A DNA stretch of 64,000 bases from Candidatus Enterousia sp. (GTDB taxonomy: Bacteria > Pseudomonadota > Alphaproteobacteria > Rs-D84). The position numbers and the translations under genes were made by a program. The stretch spans positions 69,132 through 133,131 of the forward strand of contig JAZRJE010000020.1 of assembly GCA_045645645.1 (NCBI GenBank), in the 5' to 3' direction. The notes below the pieces were generated by a model, which was not told where the DNA came from, ran no database searches, and was given only the letters and a program-made list of their open reading frames with translations. Shown in pieces: positions 19,040-28,620 of the stretch. How positions within the stretch are numbered: the stretch's first letter is position 1; each line of letters starts with the position of its first letter.

Positions 19040-19825
19040 TTATGATGCGATGGCGTAACAATTTCCTGTAAATTGATACGTCCCGATAGAGTCTGTTAAA
19101 TTGCTGTTTGAGGGTAAATAACAATCTGTTACCTTGGTTTTTCCAGTGCCAGATGTTGTTGCTGTTAATCCATTCAAGCTACCACATGCATTGCATGAGA
19201 TCATCCCAGAGTTGCCTTGGTATGTCCCTTTTGGACAAGCCGTACTGCCCCCCGCTGCATATGTATACTGAACCATGGTCGCTTTTGAACAATAATAGCC
19301 TGCTGTACAAGGCGTACAACCATTTGTAATCGCATAATACCCAGGGGTACATGTACAAGACGCCTTGTATGCACCACAGCTAATATGCTGGTCTCCAGTT
19401 GAATTACGGCCCGCAAGCAAAATATGCATCGTCGTACCAGTGGCCCCAGCACCACAACTGCCATAATTAGCATTACAACTTTGTATTTTTGCCAACTCTG
19501 ATTTCGTAAAACAAATACAAATCCCAGAAGAATTTGCTGTGTTTTCTTGAGTATACCATTGATACAAATCTTGATTATTACTTAAAATAACTAATCCAGA
19601 GTTTCCAACATTTTTAAGGAACATACCAAGTGAATAACCAGTACAGGCAGCAGATGCATAGCTGGCAGTAGTGGTATCACATGCATATGAAGGGTATGAA
19701 CCATTTTGTTTATAAGCCTGCATCAAAACATATGCATTCACCTTTAAGTCATACGAGTAGCCAACAAAAACGCATAGCAACATTAATAAAATTCTTTTAA
19801 ACGGTGTTAACTTAATTTGTCTCAT
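19040..19825 (-). CDS. secreted Cys-rich protein with GCC2/GCC3 (ephrin-receptor-like) repeats
   Basis: CTPGYY, CTPCTAGYYC, ACPKGTYQ...CNAC; N-terminal signal; own promoter TTGCAA-17-TAACAT. Confidence 0.75.
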   Translation of the reverse strand: MRQIKLTPFKRILLMLLCVFVGYSYDLKVNAYVLMQAYKQNGSYPSYACDTTTASYASAACTGYSLGMFLKNVGNSGLVILSNNQDLYQWYTQENTANSSGICICFTKSELAKIQSCNANYGSCGAGATGTTMHILLAGRNSTGDQHISCGAYKASCTCTPGYYAITNGCTPCTAGYYCSKATMVQYTYAAGGSTACPKGTYQGNSGMISCNACGSLNGLTATTSGTGKTKVTDCYLPSNSNLTDSIGTYQFTGNCYAIAS

Positions 19826-19958
19826 GTTCTCTTTTCCTTATATGCCAATCTAAGACTCTCTTATGTTACAAAAGAAGACAATATTTTGCAAGCCAGAATT
19901 ACTAAATTACATAAATCTATTCTTTTATTAAGTAAAAATCCCCCTAATCGGGGGATGG

Positions 19959-21221
19959 TCATAATTGTATAAATAAACTTGGGTTCTTTTTTAAATCTTC
20001 AATGGCGTCATCCATTATTTCGCGATATTCAATAAATTTCTTTTTATCTGTTTTGTTAAGGTTACTTATCGCTGGCAGCTTTACCGTCATTGGATTTACG
20101 TGCTTGCCGTCTTTGATGATTTCATAATGCAAATGTGGTCCTGTGGACATACCAGTTGAACCAGCATATCCAATAATTTGCCCCTGACGTACGTTGGTGC
20201 CAACTTTTACGTTCTTAACAAATTTAGACAGGTGTGCATACAGTGTTTCGTATGAGCCATTATGTCTTAACTTTATATAGTTACCATGGCCACGGTTATA
20301 TCCACGTGCAACAACACGTCCAGCCCCAGCTGCAGGTATTGGTGTGCCTGTGGCAGCGCGAAAGTCGACCCCTTTATGGGCACGTGTGTACCCCAGCACA
20401 GGATGTTTACGTTTGTTGGAAAAATTGCTGGTAACCTTGGCATTGTTGATAGGGGTGCGCTTCAAGGATTTTATAGCGCCGTTACCATCTGCATCATAAT
20501 AGCCAGTGGTGCCATCTGATTTGCGATAGCGATACATTTTTACATTACCACGCAGGGCATCAAATGATACGGCTAATACACGTCCATTATCAACCTTTTT
20601 GCCTTCTGAAAAGTTTTCTTCGTATACAACCCAGAATTTTTGACCAGCACGAACGTCGCGCTCAAAATCCATTTCAAATGCTAGCAAATCATATACATCT
20701 GCCAGTATTCCTGCTGGAATACCTGCACGATTACCAGCCAGATAGAAGCTGTCGCCATCAAGTATCTCGCCTGAACGGTAAACTGCCCGTGTGTCACGTT
20801 CTATATCAATTGTTTTGCAATTCCATGCGCCTGATTCGTTGCAGGTTAATTCAACTTGACGCCAAGGTGATGGAATAACGACAATTTTTGATATGGGATC
20901 ATTATCTGATGGACGGGTAAATTCTATTTTGTCATTGTCCGCACGAAGTGTAGCAATGCCTGCGTCTTTTTTTAATGTGCTGGCTATTGCGGCAACGTCA
21001 TTGTGGGTCATACCTTGTTCTAATAATATTTTAGACAACGTGTCGCCAGATGTTACAACAACCATTGAAGTACAACCATTGTCAGAATGTGAATGGGCAA
21101 GCTGTGATGGTGTGCGACGTGTTACAACCAAGAATATTGCAACCAGTGTTAATAATGTGGCCAATGCAATCACCATGCGGGTCAGATTGGCTGTCGTGAT
21201 AATATTTTTTGCTTTTTTCAT
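19959..21221 (-). CDS. M23 peptidoglycan DD-endopeptidase (MepM-like)
   Basis: TM anchor, LysM-like GDTLSKIL, HKGVD and GPHLHYE zinc motifs. Confidence 0.9.
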   Translation of the reverse strand: MKKAKNIITTANLTRMVIALATLLTLVAIFLVVTRRTPSQLAHSHSDNGCTSMVVVTSGDTLSKILLEQGMTHNDVAAIASTLKKDAGIATLRADNDKIEFTRPSDNDPISKIVVIPSPWRQVELTCNESGAWNCKTIDIERDTRAVYRSGEILDGDSFYLAGNRAGIPAGILADVYDLLAFEMDFERDVRAGQKFWVVYEENFSEGKKVDNGRVLAVSFDALRGNVKMYRYRKSDGTTGYYDADGNGAIKSLKRTPINNAKVTSNFSNKRKHPVLGYTRAHKGVDFRAATGTPIPAAGAGRVVARGYNRGHGNYIKLRHNGSYETLYAHLSKFVKNVKVGTNVRQGQIIGYAGSTGMSTGPHLHYEIIKDGKHVNPMTVKLPAISNLNKTDKKKFIEYREIMDDAIEDLKKNPSLFIQL

Positions 21222-21257
21222 GGCACAGATTATAATGGTTTTATGACAATAAATCAA
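21209..21257. promoter_or_regulatory. bidirectional promoter sharing palindromic -10 ATTATAAT
   Basis: + strand: TTGCTT-16-TATAAT-6-ATG(21243); - strand: TTGATT-17-TATAAT-7-ATG(21221). Confidence 0.65.
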
Positions 21258-22022
21258 GCGTTCACAATCTTAGCAAATGCTGGTGGTTTGCGTGCCGCCA
21301 GAATCCTTACTGAAAATACCAGTAAGTTAACCAGATTTCGGGTGTGGTATATGGCACGTATGTTGCGTCGTGGTGTGCCTGTGGCTAAGATTGTAGGAAA
21401 TAAATGGTTTTATGGATTACGTTTTTATACAAATAAATATACATTAGATCCGCGACCAGATACTGAAACACTGGTTGAAGCGATATTAATGGATTGGGCA
21501 AATTGCGGAAAAACACCAAAAATTTTGGATTTAGGTACAGGAACAGGGTGTGTGCTGGTTAGTTTGGTTAAAAATATAGATGGTGCGTCTGGTGTGGGAC
21601 TGGATGTTTCAAGAAGGGTATTGAAAGTAGCAAAAAAAAATGTAATGTATCATAACTTGTTGGGGCGCATTTGTTTGAAGCGTAATTCATTTTATAATTC
21701 CAGACTTAGGTTTGGGGAACTGTTTGACGTTATAGTTTCTAATCCACCATATATTGCGAATGGGGATTTGCGTGTAGATGTTGGGGCTAAGCATGATCCT
21801 GAATTGGCACTGTATGCCGATGATGGTGGGTTTGCGGCGTATTATGCAATTGCAGAACATGCTAAGAATTGGATTCGTGATGGCGGAAAGATATATTTAG
21901 AAATCGGTATAGGTATGGGCCAGCAGGTTAAAAAAATTTTTCAGGATATGGGTTGGGAATATGTGCGTTCCGAAAAAGACTTAGGAGAGGTAGAGCGGGT
22001 TCTTGTTTTTGCTAAGCTATGA
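21243..22022 (+). CDS. prmC: release factor glutamine methyltransferase, short N-terminus
   Basis: LDPRPDTE, LDLGTGTG, VSNPPY, LEIG. Confidence 0.92.
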   Translation: MTINQAFTILANAGGLRAARILTENTSKLTRFRVWYMARMLRRGVPVAKIVGNKWFYGLRFYTNKYTLDPRPDTETLVEAILMDWANCGKTPKILDLGTGTGCVLVSLVKNIDGASGVGLDVSRRVLKVAKKNVMYHNLLGRICLKRNSFYNSRLRFGELFDVIVSNPPYIANGDLRVDVGAKHDPELALYADDGGFAAYYAIAEHAKNWIRDGGKIYLEIGIGMGQQVKKIFQDMGWEYVRSEKDLGEVERVLVFAKL

Positions 22023-22757
22023 TTATTTGAAGTCTATTTCTAGGTTCGGAAAACGGTCGTGTTTTGCGTTGGGTATCATGAAAATGTTTGACTTTGACGC
22101 CCACTTGTAGCTTAGCTTATTTGGAACAACTTTGTCATCCTTTGCAATATAGTGAATTTGCGATACTTTTGGCAGTGTTGTTAAGTTCAATGATTTTTTT
22201 AAGGGATTATCTTTAAAATGATTGGTCCAGTCCGTATGATTTAATACACCAGCAATCGTTATCCATTTTTTTATTTTTAAGTCTGGATATCTGTTTATTA
22301 GTAATCCAGATATCATTGCACCACCAGAATATCCAATCAGGATTATGGGGCGGCCCTTGGCTACGCTTTTTACGGCTGTATACATGGCGTCTAAAACGTC
22401 TTTTGAAAATCTGCCATCTGTCCAGTCAGATACATCACAATTATCAGATTGAATATACTGACATGGGCGTGCCATGTATACTACGTTTGGAGAATTATCT
22501 TTGGATGCTAAGTTCCTTACCAAAAATTTCCGTGGAGTTGGGTTTTTTGTCGGGTGCCCCTTTTTATTGAATGCGTATCCGTCTCCTTCGATATATATAT
22601 GAATCGGTGATGATGCATTGGTTATGTGTTGCCAGGTGGCAATTTCAAATGTTTTTGTTTGAATTGGGGTATATGTAAAACTGTAGGGCCCAACCAGTGT
22701 GCTGGTGCATGCGGTTAATAATACTAATCCACATAATATGTAATATCTAGAATTCAA
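22023..22757 (-). CDS. alpha/beta-hydrolase lipoprotein
   Basis: Lipobox LTAC, YIEGDG, ARPCQY, GYSGG. Confidence 0.82.
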   Translation of the reverse strand: MNSRYYILCGLVLLTACTSTLVGPYSFTYTPIQTKTFEIATWQHITNASSPIHIYIEGDGYAFNKKGHPTKNPTPRKFLVRNLASKDNSPNVVYMARPCQYIQSDNCDVSDWTDGRFSKDVLDAMYTAVKSVAKGRPIILIGYSGGAMISGLLINRYPDLKIKKWITIAGVLNHTDWTNHFKDNPLKKSLNLTTLPKVSQIHYIAKDDKVVPNKLSYKWASKSNIFMIPNAKHDRFPNLEIDFK

Positions 22758-23715
22758 AACGTAGCCCCAACATCAAATTGATATATATCAAATTTTCTGC
22801 GCTTATCCAATCACGATGGCGAGTATTGTCTTCGTTGGTTAATTGCCATTTGACTTTGGGAATGTATGCAAGTCTTGCACCAAAGTCAAGGTACATGTTT
22901 TCTGTTAATCCATAGGATATACCACCAGCAGCAAGCAACGCAATATTAGCTGTATTGGTTTCTGATTTGTAGAATGATATAACATCATAGGTTTCTGAAT
23001 TAACTGTTCCAAAATTACGTAAATCTAAATCCGCAGATAGATCACCGTATGGGTCGGTTAAATTCATAACAGTGGTGGTATCTGAATAGCCAATTCCTAA
23101 GCCGATATATGGGATGGTTGTGCGGAGTGGTTTTTGTAACCCTGTATAAAAATCATAAAACGCCATCGCACTAATTATATCTGTTTGGACAGTCGACTGA
23201 ATCGCACTGCTGGGGGTTTCAATTGCTGACACAGTGCCACCATTTAGTGTCAATTCGCCTTCAAACAGTGGAGATGCGTTATAGTCGCTTTTCATTATAT
23301 GGTCCCAACCTGCTTCAAAACGCCATTGGGGACGTCCTGGCAGGGTCCAACCAACACTGGCGCCCGCCGCAAATGCAAAAGCTTGGAAGTCTTTGGTTGC
23401 TGGCAGAGAGGATATATCGCCATAGCCCGCCAATTCATAGCCACTGCAGTCACCGCCATTTGCACGACAAACCGTTTCTGGAACAATAGCGCCAGCATCA
23501 TCAACATAATAATATGCGCTTAATGCACCAACATTATTTTTTATGCCAGCAAAGCCAATTGACGCGCCACCACGTACAGATAATACAAATCTGGAACCGT
23601 CATCTTCGTACCAGCCGTCGCCAACGTATATTCCTTCATATTCCCAATTTGCCATTGCTGGCATTGCGGATATACAAAATAAAACAGGTAAAATCGTAAA
23701 AAATCTTTTTCTCAT
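22747..23715 (-). CDS. outer-membrane beta-barrel protein (opacity/OmpA-like)
   Basis: Signal AMA, PYIGLGIG, terminal LGLRFEF. Confidence 0.78.
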   Translation of the reverse strand: MRKRFFTILPVLFCISAMPAMANWEYEGIYVGDGWYEDDGSRFVLSVRGGASIGFAGIKNNVGALSAYYYVDDAGAIVPETVCRANGGDCSGYELAGYGDISSLPATKDFQAFAFAAGASVGWTLPGRPQWRFEAGWDHIMKSDYNASPLFEGELTLNGGTVSAIETPSSAIQSTVQTDIISAMAFYDFYTGLQKPLRTTIPYIGLGIGYSDTTTVMNLTDPYGDLSADLDLRNFGTVNSETYDVISFYKSETNTANIALLAAGGISYGLTENMYLDFGARLAYIPKVKWQLTNEDNTRHRDWISAENLIYINLMLGLRFEF

Positions 23716-23758
23716 ACCTGTTATTATATCATAAAAGTATTGCTTATAAAAATAGAAT

Positions 23759-25528
23759 TTATTGTTTCTGAATTATTTCACGAAAGATTTCCGCAGGTAT
23801 TGTGCCACCTGTTATTTTTGGGTCCATGGGGGAAAAGTCGTCGTTGCCCATCCATACACCTATGACTAAATTTTTCCCAGCACCAATAAACCATGCGTCA
23901 CGATTGCCATTGCTGGTACCTGTTTTGCCACCCAATGCATCTGGTGTTCTGGCGCGACCACCTGTGCCACCTGGGGCAATAACATCAGCCAGTAATTTTG
24001 ACATGTAATTAACTGTTTGAATGCTTAAAATACTCATAGGTTCTGATGGGTTGCGTTCATATATCGTGTTCCCGTTTGCGTCTGTGATTTTTGTTATAGA
24101 ATATGGGTGTACAGAATTGCCATTATTCCAAATGACTGCGTAAATATTAGTTAAATCAAGTAAAGACATCTCTGATGCGCCTAAAACAGTTGAATATTCT
24201 TTGCGTAACCGTGTTCCGACCCCCAGGCGTCCAGCCATTGATAATATGCTGTCAAGACCGTATAATTCGGTTAATTTTAAGGGTACTGAATTTACACTTT
24301 TTGCAAATGCGGTTGCCAGTGTTATATCACCGTAATATTTTTCATTGTAGTTCTTGGGGGTGTAATCGCCAATTGCAAAAGGCGAATCGTTAACATAAGT
24401 GTCAGGTGTCAAGCCATTTTCCAGTGCAACTAGATATACTACAGGTTTAAAACTGCTGCCAGGTTGACGTGGTGCGGTGGTGCGATTGAATTGACTGGTT
24501 TGATAATCTGTGCCGCCAGACATTGCGCGTATCGCACCATCTGTTTCCATTGCGATGGCAGCCCCTTGATAAGGTGGAGTTTTTTTTGAAATTGTGTTGG
24601 CAATACGTTCTTGTAATTGCATGTCCATAGTAGTGTATATGTATAAATCTGATTCAATCATGCCAATTCTGGATTTTACTTCATCAATAACAAAGTCTGT
24701 CCAATATCTGTATAAATTAGTGTCAGGTGCTGCAACAGCGGGGGCCAGTTGTTTGGCTGCAATTCGGGCCTGGTTCAATGTGATGTAGCCTTGTCGTACC
24801 ATTTCTTGCAGGATTACACGTGCGCGCTGGATGTTTTTTTCAGGGTTTCGTATGGGGCTGTATGTAGTGGGGGCTTTTAGCATGGCTGCAATTTGTGCAG
24901 CTTGGGCAATTGATAGATTTGTTGCAGGTGTTTGAAATATTGTGCGGGCCGCAGCGTCAATGCCACGCATGCCTCCGACCAGTGATACGCGATTCATATA
25001 TAAATCTAGAATCTGATTTTTAGTGAATCTGTTTTCTAGCCAGTGAGCCAGTATAAATTCTTGGACTTTTCTGGATATTTTTTTTTCGCGACTAAGAAAA
25101 ATGTTTTTTGCAGTTTGTTGTGTAATTGTTGAACCGCCAGCAGCAATACGACCAGATAATAGATTTGAAAAGACTGCACGTGAAATTCCCCGAATGTCGA
25201 TAGGACCATGATTAAAAAAACGTTTGTCTTCAATTGCAACAATTGCTTGCCAAACATGTGGCGGCAGCGTTTCTGTAGATACAGGGGTGCCCATTGTTCG
25301 ACCAGATGCACGAATTTCTTTCCCGTTTTTGTCCATGAATACCAATGCAGCGGGTCTGGTTTCGTGTAATATAGAATCTAAAGAAGGCATTCGCATGTAT
25401 ATGTATGCGATGTATCCACCAACAAGTAGGCCAAATATCAGTACCGTGTTAAAAAAACATGCTAAGATGTGTCGCTTAATAGATGGGCGATTTTCTGTTG
25501 GTGTATTTTTTTGGGTGGAACGAGCCAC
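23759..25528 (-). CDS. class A penicillin-binding protein (PBP1A family)
   Basis: EDKRF, GGSTITQQ, RKVQE; SSFK, SVN and KTG transpeptidase motifs; GTG start with GGAG. Confidence 0.9.
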   Translation of the reverse strand: MARSTQKNTPTENRPSIKRHILACFFNTVLIFGLLVGGYIAYIYMRMPSLDSILHETRPAALVFMDKNGKEIRASGRTMGTPVSTETLPPHVWQAIVAIEDKRFFNHGPIDIRGISRAVFSNLLSGRIAAGGSTITQQTAKNIFLSREKKISRKVQEFILAHWLENRFTKNQILDLYMNRVSLVGGMRGIDAAARTIFQTPATNLSIAQAAQIAAMLKAPTTYSPIRNPEKNIQRARVILQEMVRQGYITLNQARIAAKQLAPAVAAPDTNLYRYWTDFVIDEVKSRIGMIESDLYIYTTMDMQLQERIANTISKKTPPYQGAAIAMETDGAIRAMSGGTDYQTSQFNRTTAPRQPGSSFKPVVYLVALENGLTPDTYVNDSPFAIGDYTPKNYNEKYYGDITLATAFAKSVNSVPLKLTELYGLDSILSMAGRLGVGTRLRKEYSTVLGASEMSLLDLTNIYAVIWNNGNSVHPYSITKITDANGNTIYERNPSEPMSILSIQTVNYMSKLLADVIAPGGTGGRARTPDALGGKTGTSNGNRDAWFIGAGKNLVIGVWMGNDDFSPMDPKITGGTIPAEIFREIIQKQ

Positions 25529-25598
25529 GGTTAAAACTCCTTGCCTTTATGAATACTTTACCAGTATAATCGTTGCATAAAAAAAAGGAAAGGGATAT

Positions 25599-26261
25599 AT
25601 GAAAAAAATTGCAGTTATGTTGTCGTGTTTTTGTGTCGTGCCTGCTGTGGCTGAAGAATTTTATTATAATGAATATGTTGCACCTGATGTGGAATATGCT
25701 GAAACAAATATGGTACGTCGTGATAATTATGTTGGTATTCGTTTGCATAAAAATGAACGGATTTCGTTTGCGTTTGATATGCGATCGGGTGGTGATACAA
25801 CACTGAAAAATGATGGGGTCGGTTTAGGTGGATATGTGGGTAATCGTCTGACTGATTTTTTAAAGCTAGAATTTGAGACGATATATACTGGCGTAAATGA
25901 TGTCAAAAGTGATGTAGACTTTGATTTTGATATATGGGCAAATATGGTAAATGTGTATTTGTTTAAAACATACGGTGAGGCAGTTGAACCATATGCTGGG
26001 GTTGGCGTGGGGTTTTCTACGATATGGTCTGATGTTGGTGGGCGTGTAGCAGATGCAAATGATACTGTTTTTGATTTTTCTTATGCTGTAATGGTTGGTG
26101 TGAACTTTGCATTGAATGACCGCGTAGATTTAAATCTGGGCTTTAAGTATCAAAAGTATGGCGATGTTGATCACAAAAGTTCTGGTGGTGTATTTGCAAC
26201 CACAGATATTGATGCAACAGAATTTTATCTGGGGGCGGCATATAAATTTGCTTTGAGGTAG
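25599..26261 (+). CDS. outer-membrane beta-barrel protein (porin/opacity family)
   Basis: Signal peptide, PYAGVGVG, DLNLGFKY, GAAYKF. Confidence 0.8.
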   Translation: MKKIAVMLSCFCVVPAVAEEFYYNEYVAPDVEYAETNMVRRDNYVGIRLHKNERISFAFDMRSGGDTTLKNDGVGLGGYVGNRLTDFLKLEFETIYTGVNDVKSDVDFDFDIWANMVNVYLFKTYGEAVEPYAGVGVGFSTIWSDVGGRVADANDTVFDFSYAVMVGVNFALNDRVDLNLGFKYQKYGDVDHKSSGGVFATTDIDATEFYLGAAYKFALR

Positions 26262-26262
26262 A

Positions 26263-26290
26263 AAAAAAGCCCCAAAAAAGGGGCTTTTTT
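26263..26290. terminator. bidirectional terminator
   Basis: AAAAAAGCCCC-AAAAAA-GGGGCTTTTTT. Confidence 0.8.
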
Positions 26291-26522
26291 ATTTCTTTTT
26301 GCTAGATGATTGGCGTTTAGGCTGTGTTTTTGTTGGGGCCTTTTTATATTCACGTGCTAGCGCAACGATACATGTGTACGCCAACAATGCAGACAGTGCA
26401 GTAATTAAACCAGACAGTAAACCATCAGAAAAGATTGTAAATAAAATAATTGCAACGAATAATACAATCGTATACCCAAGGTTTTGCGCCAAAACGTTCA
26501 GTAATTTTTCAAAAGTTTTCAT
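26289..26522 (-). CDS. small 2-TM membrane protein
   Basis: Two hydrophobic helices, basic tail, SD AGGGA. Confidence 0.65.
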   Translation of the reverse strand: MKTFEKLLNVLAQNLGYTIVLFVAIILFTIFSDGLLSGLITALSALLAYTCIVALAREYKKAPTKTQPKRQSSSKKK

Positions 26523-26638
26523 TTTTATCCCTTTGTTTGTGTGCAGTAATTATAGCACGTTTTTGCCTTTGATTCTATGAAAAAAGACCGCATGGGTTAT
26601 TGCGATCTTTTATTTCAGGAGAAAGACATGTTTTGGTT

Positions 26639-27400
26639 TTACAATATTATATATCCGCCCAGACGTGCTGTCGATGGAATGGAACCAAATGAAGAACGTG
26701 GACTGACATAAATGTTGCCTGTAACGGTAAATTCACCGCAAAACTGTAGTGTATTAACGTCGCGTAAGAATAAGTTACCATTAATACGGACACCGCATGG
26801 CAATGTATACTTGCGCATGTTTTGCAAATATACGTTACCATTAATTTTTGTGTTGTGTTCAATGACTGTTGCACTGCCACGACTGTCGATTACGACATCA
26901 CCCATAATTTTGTTTTGCTTTTCAATTTTTGCAATTTGTTTTATTTCAGTCTGGCATGGTTTTGCTGGGGCAACGACAATGGGTTCGTTAACTAGTTCAT
27001 TGGTATTTTCGTTGCGAGGCAAAGGTAGTGTGTTCTTAATCGGTTTTACAGGACGTGCAACGACGTGACGTTGTTCTGTGTTCGCCTCAGATGGAAGTAC
27101 TGTTGTTTTAACAACATCATCACGCACAATTATAACGTTGTCTTGGTGGCGACAACTTTTGAAATCTATTATTAGCATTGAAAACAATACGATTATTGCA
27201 ACCAATAATGTTAGATTAACGATACCAATTACGTTTATGTTGCATAGCCAGTTCCATATACGTTTGCACAGGCGTTTTGTCGCTTTAAAAGGTATGCAGA
27301 TTATTTTCCAAATACGCTTGAAAAAGTTTGTTTTCTTAGATGTTTTTTTACTGCTTTTTATGCGATTGTTTGCGTTTTGTATTTTTTGTTTTTTTGGCAT
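26639..27400 (-). CDS. single-TM protein with C-terminal beta-repeat domain
   Basis: Basic N-terminus, TM helix, repeats INGNVYL/INGNLFL/VTGNIYV/LGGYIIL. Confidence 0.7.
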   Translation of the reverse strand: MPKKQKIQNANNRIKSSKKTSKKTNFFKRIWKIICIPFKATKRLCKRIWNWLCNINVIGIVNLTLLVAIIVLFSMLIIDFKSCRHQDNVIIVRDDVVKTTVLPSEANTEQRHVVARPVKPIKNTLPLPRNENTNELVNEPIVVAPAKPCQTEIKQIAKIEKQNKIMGDVVIDSRGSATVIEHNTKINGNVYLQNMRKYTLPCGVRINGNLFLRDVNTLQFCGEFTVTGNIYVSPRSSFGSIPSTARLGGYIIL

Positions 27401-27482
27401 TTATAACCCCTTTGAGTTAAAATTTTTTGTGATTATAATCCAAAAAAACATTTTGTCAACAAAATTGTTAGGCTTGTTAATT

Positions 27483-27513
27483 AAAAAAATCCCCATATTT
27501 TGGGGATTTTTTT
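27483..27513. terminator. terminator after gap
   Basis: AAAAAAATCCCCA-TATTT-TGGGGATTTTTTT. Confidence 0.8.
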
Positions 27514-28513
27514 ATTTTATTAACTTGCCCATTGCGACAGCGGTATCGTTCATTCGATTTGAAAAACCCCATTCGTTATCATACCATGCTGTTACATGAA
27601 CCAGTTTGTCACCAAGAACCTTGGTTTGACCTGCGTCAAATACAGAGCTGTGTGCGTCATGTGTAAAGTCTATGGATACCAAGGGCAGGTCGTTATAACC
27701 AAATGTTTTGGATTCTGCAGATTTCATTGCGGAATTAATGGATTCTACAGTGGCTGGTTTCTCTAAGTTTGCGACCAGTTCTACTACAGAAACATCAGGC
27801 GTAGGAACACGAATGGCCATGCCATCTAATTTTCCTGCTAGTTCTGGCAGAACCAGGCCAATCGCTTTGGCTGCGCCAGTACTGGTTGGTATCATAGATA
27901 GATTAGCAGCACGTGCGCGACGAAAATCTTTGTGGTTTTTATCTAATAGTTGTTGGTCGCCTGTGTATGCGTGTACAGTTGTCATCCAACCTGATAATAA
28001 TCCAAATGTATCATTTAATACTTTGGCAACTGGGGCCAGACAGTTTGTTGTGCAGGATGCGTTTGATACAATTAAGTCGTTAGATGTTAACGTGTCTTGA
28101 TTGACGCCATATACAATTGTTTTGTCCGCACCAGCAGATGGTGCAGAAACTAATACGCGTTTTGCCCCAGCTTCCAGATGTACACGAGCCTTGTCAGCGG
28201 CTGTAAAAATGCCAGTACATTCCATAACAATGTCAATATTCATTTCACCCCAAGGTAAGTTTAAGGGGTCACGTTCTGCCAGGCACTTAATACGTTGGTT
28301 GCCAACAACGATACAATCGCCATCTAATTTTACGTCCATTGGCAGGTTCCCATGAACTGAATCGTATTTCAATAAATATGCATTTTGTTCAGCTGGTGCT
28401 AAATCATTGACAGCAATAAATTCAATGTCGTCACGTCCTGATTCCAGCGCAGCACGTAATACCAAGCGACCGATGCGACCAAAACCGTTGATTGCAACTC
28501 TAATTTTTGACAT
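27512..28513 (-). CDS. gap: glyceraldehyde-3-phosphate dehydrogenase
   Basis: INGFGRIGR, ASCTTNCL, WYDNEWGF. Confidence 0.97.
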   Translation of the reverse strand: MSKIRVAINGFGRIGRLVLRAALESGRDDIEFIAVNDLAPAEQNAYLLKYDSVHGNLPMDVKLDGDCIVVGNQRIKCLAERDPLNLPWGEMNIDIVMECTGIFTAADKARVHLEAGAKRVLVSAPSAGADKTIVYGVNQDTLTSNDLIVSNASCTTNCLAPVAKVLNDTFGLLSGWMTTVHAYTGDQQLLDKNHKDFRRARAANLSMIPTSTGAAKAIGLVLPELAGKLDGMAIRVPTPDVSVVELVANLEKPATVESINSAMKSAESKTFGYNDLPLVSIDFTHDAHSSVFDAGQTKVLGDKLVHVTAWYDNEWGFSNRMNDTAVAMGKLIK

Positions 28514-28620
28514 ATATGTTCCTTTCGTTTTTTTATTGGACAAGTCTATATTAGCACCATATTTTTTATATTTACAATATTTTATTTACATGAACGAAAT
28601 CTTAGCTATAATTTCTCAAA

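Noticed and set aside
21632-21640. A9 tract in prmC and similar homopolymers as slippage sites
   Set aside because: Reading frames are intact, and such tracts are expected at this AT content.
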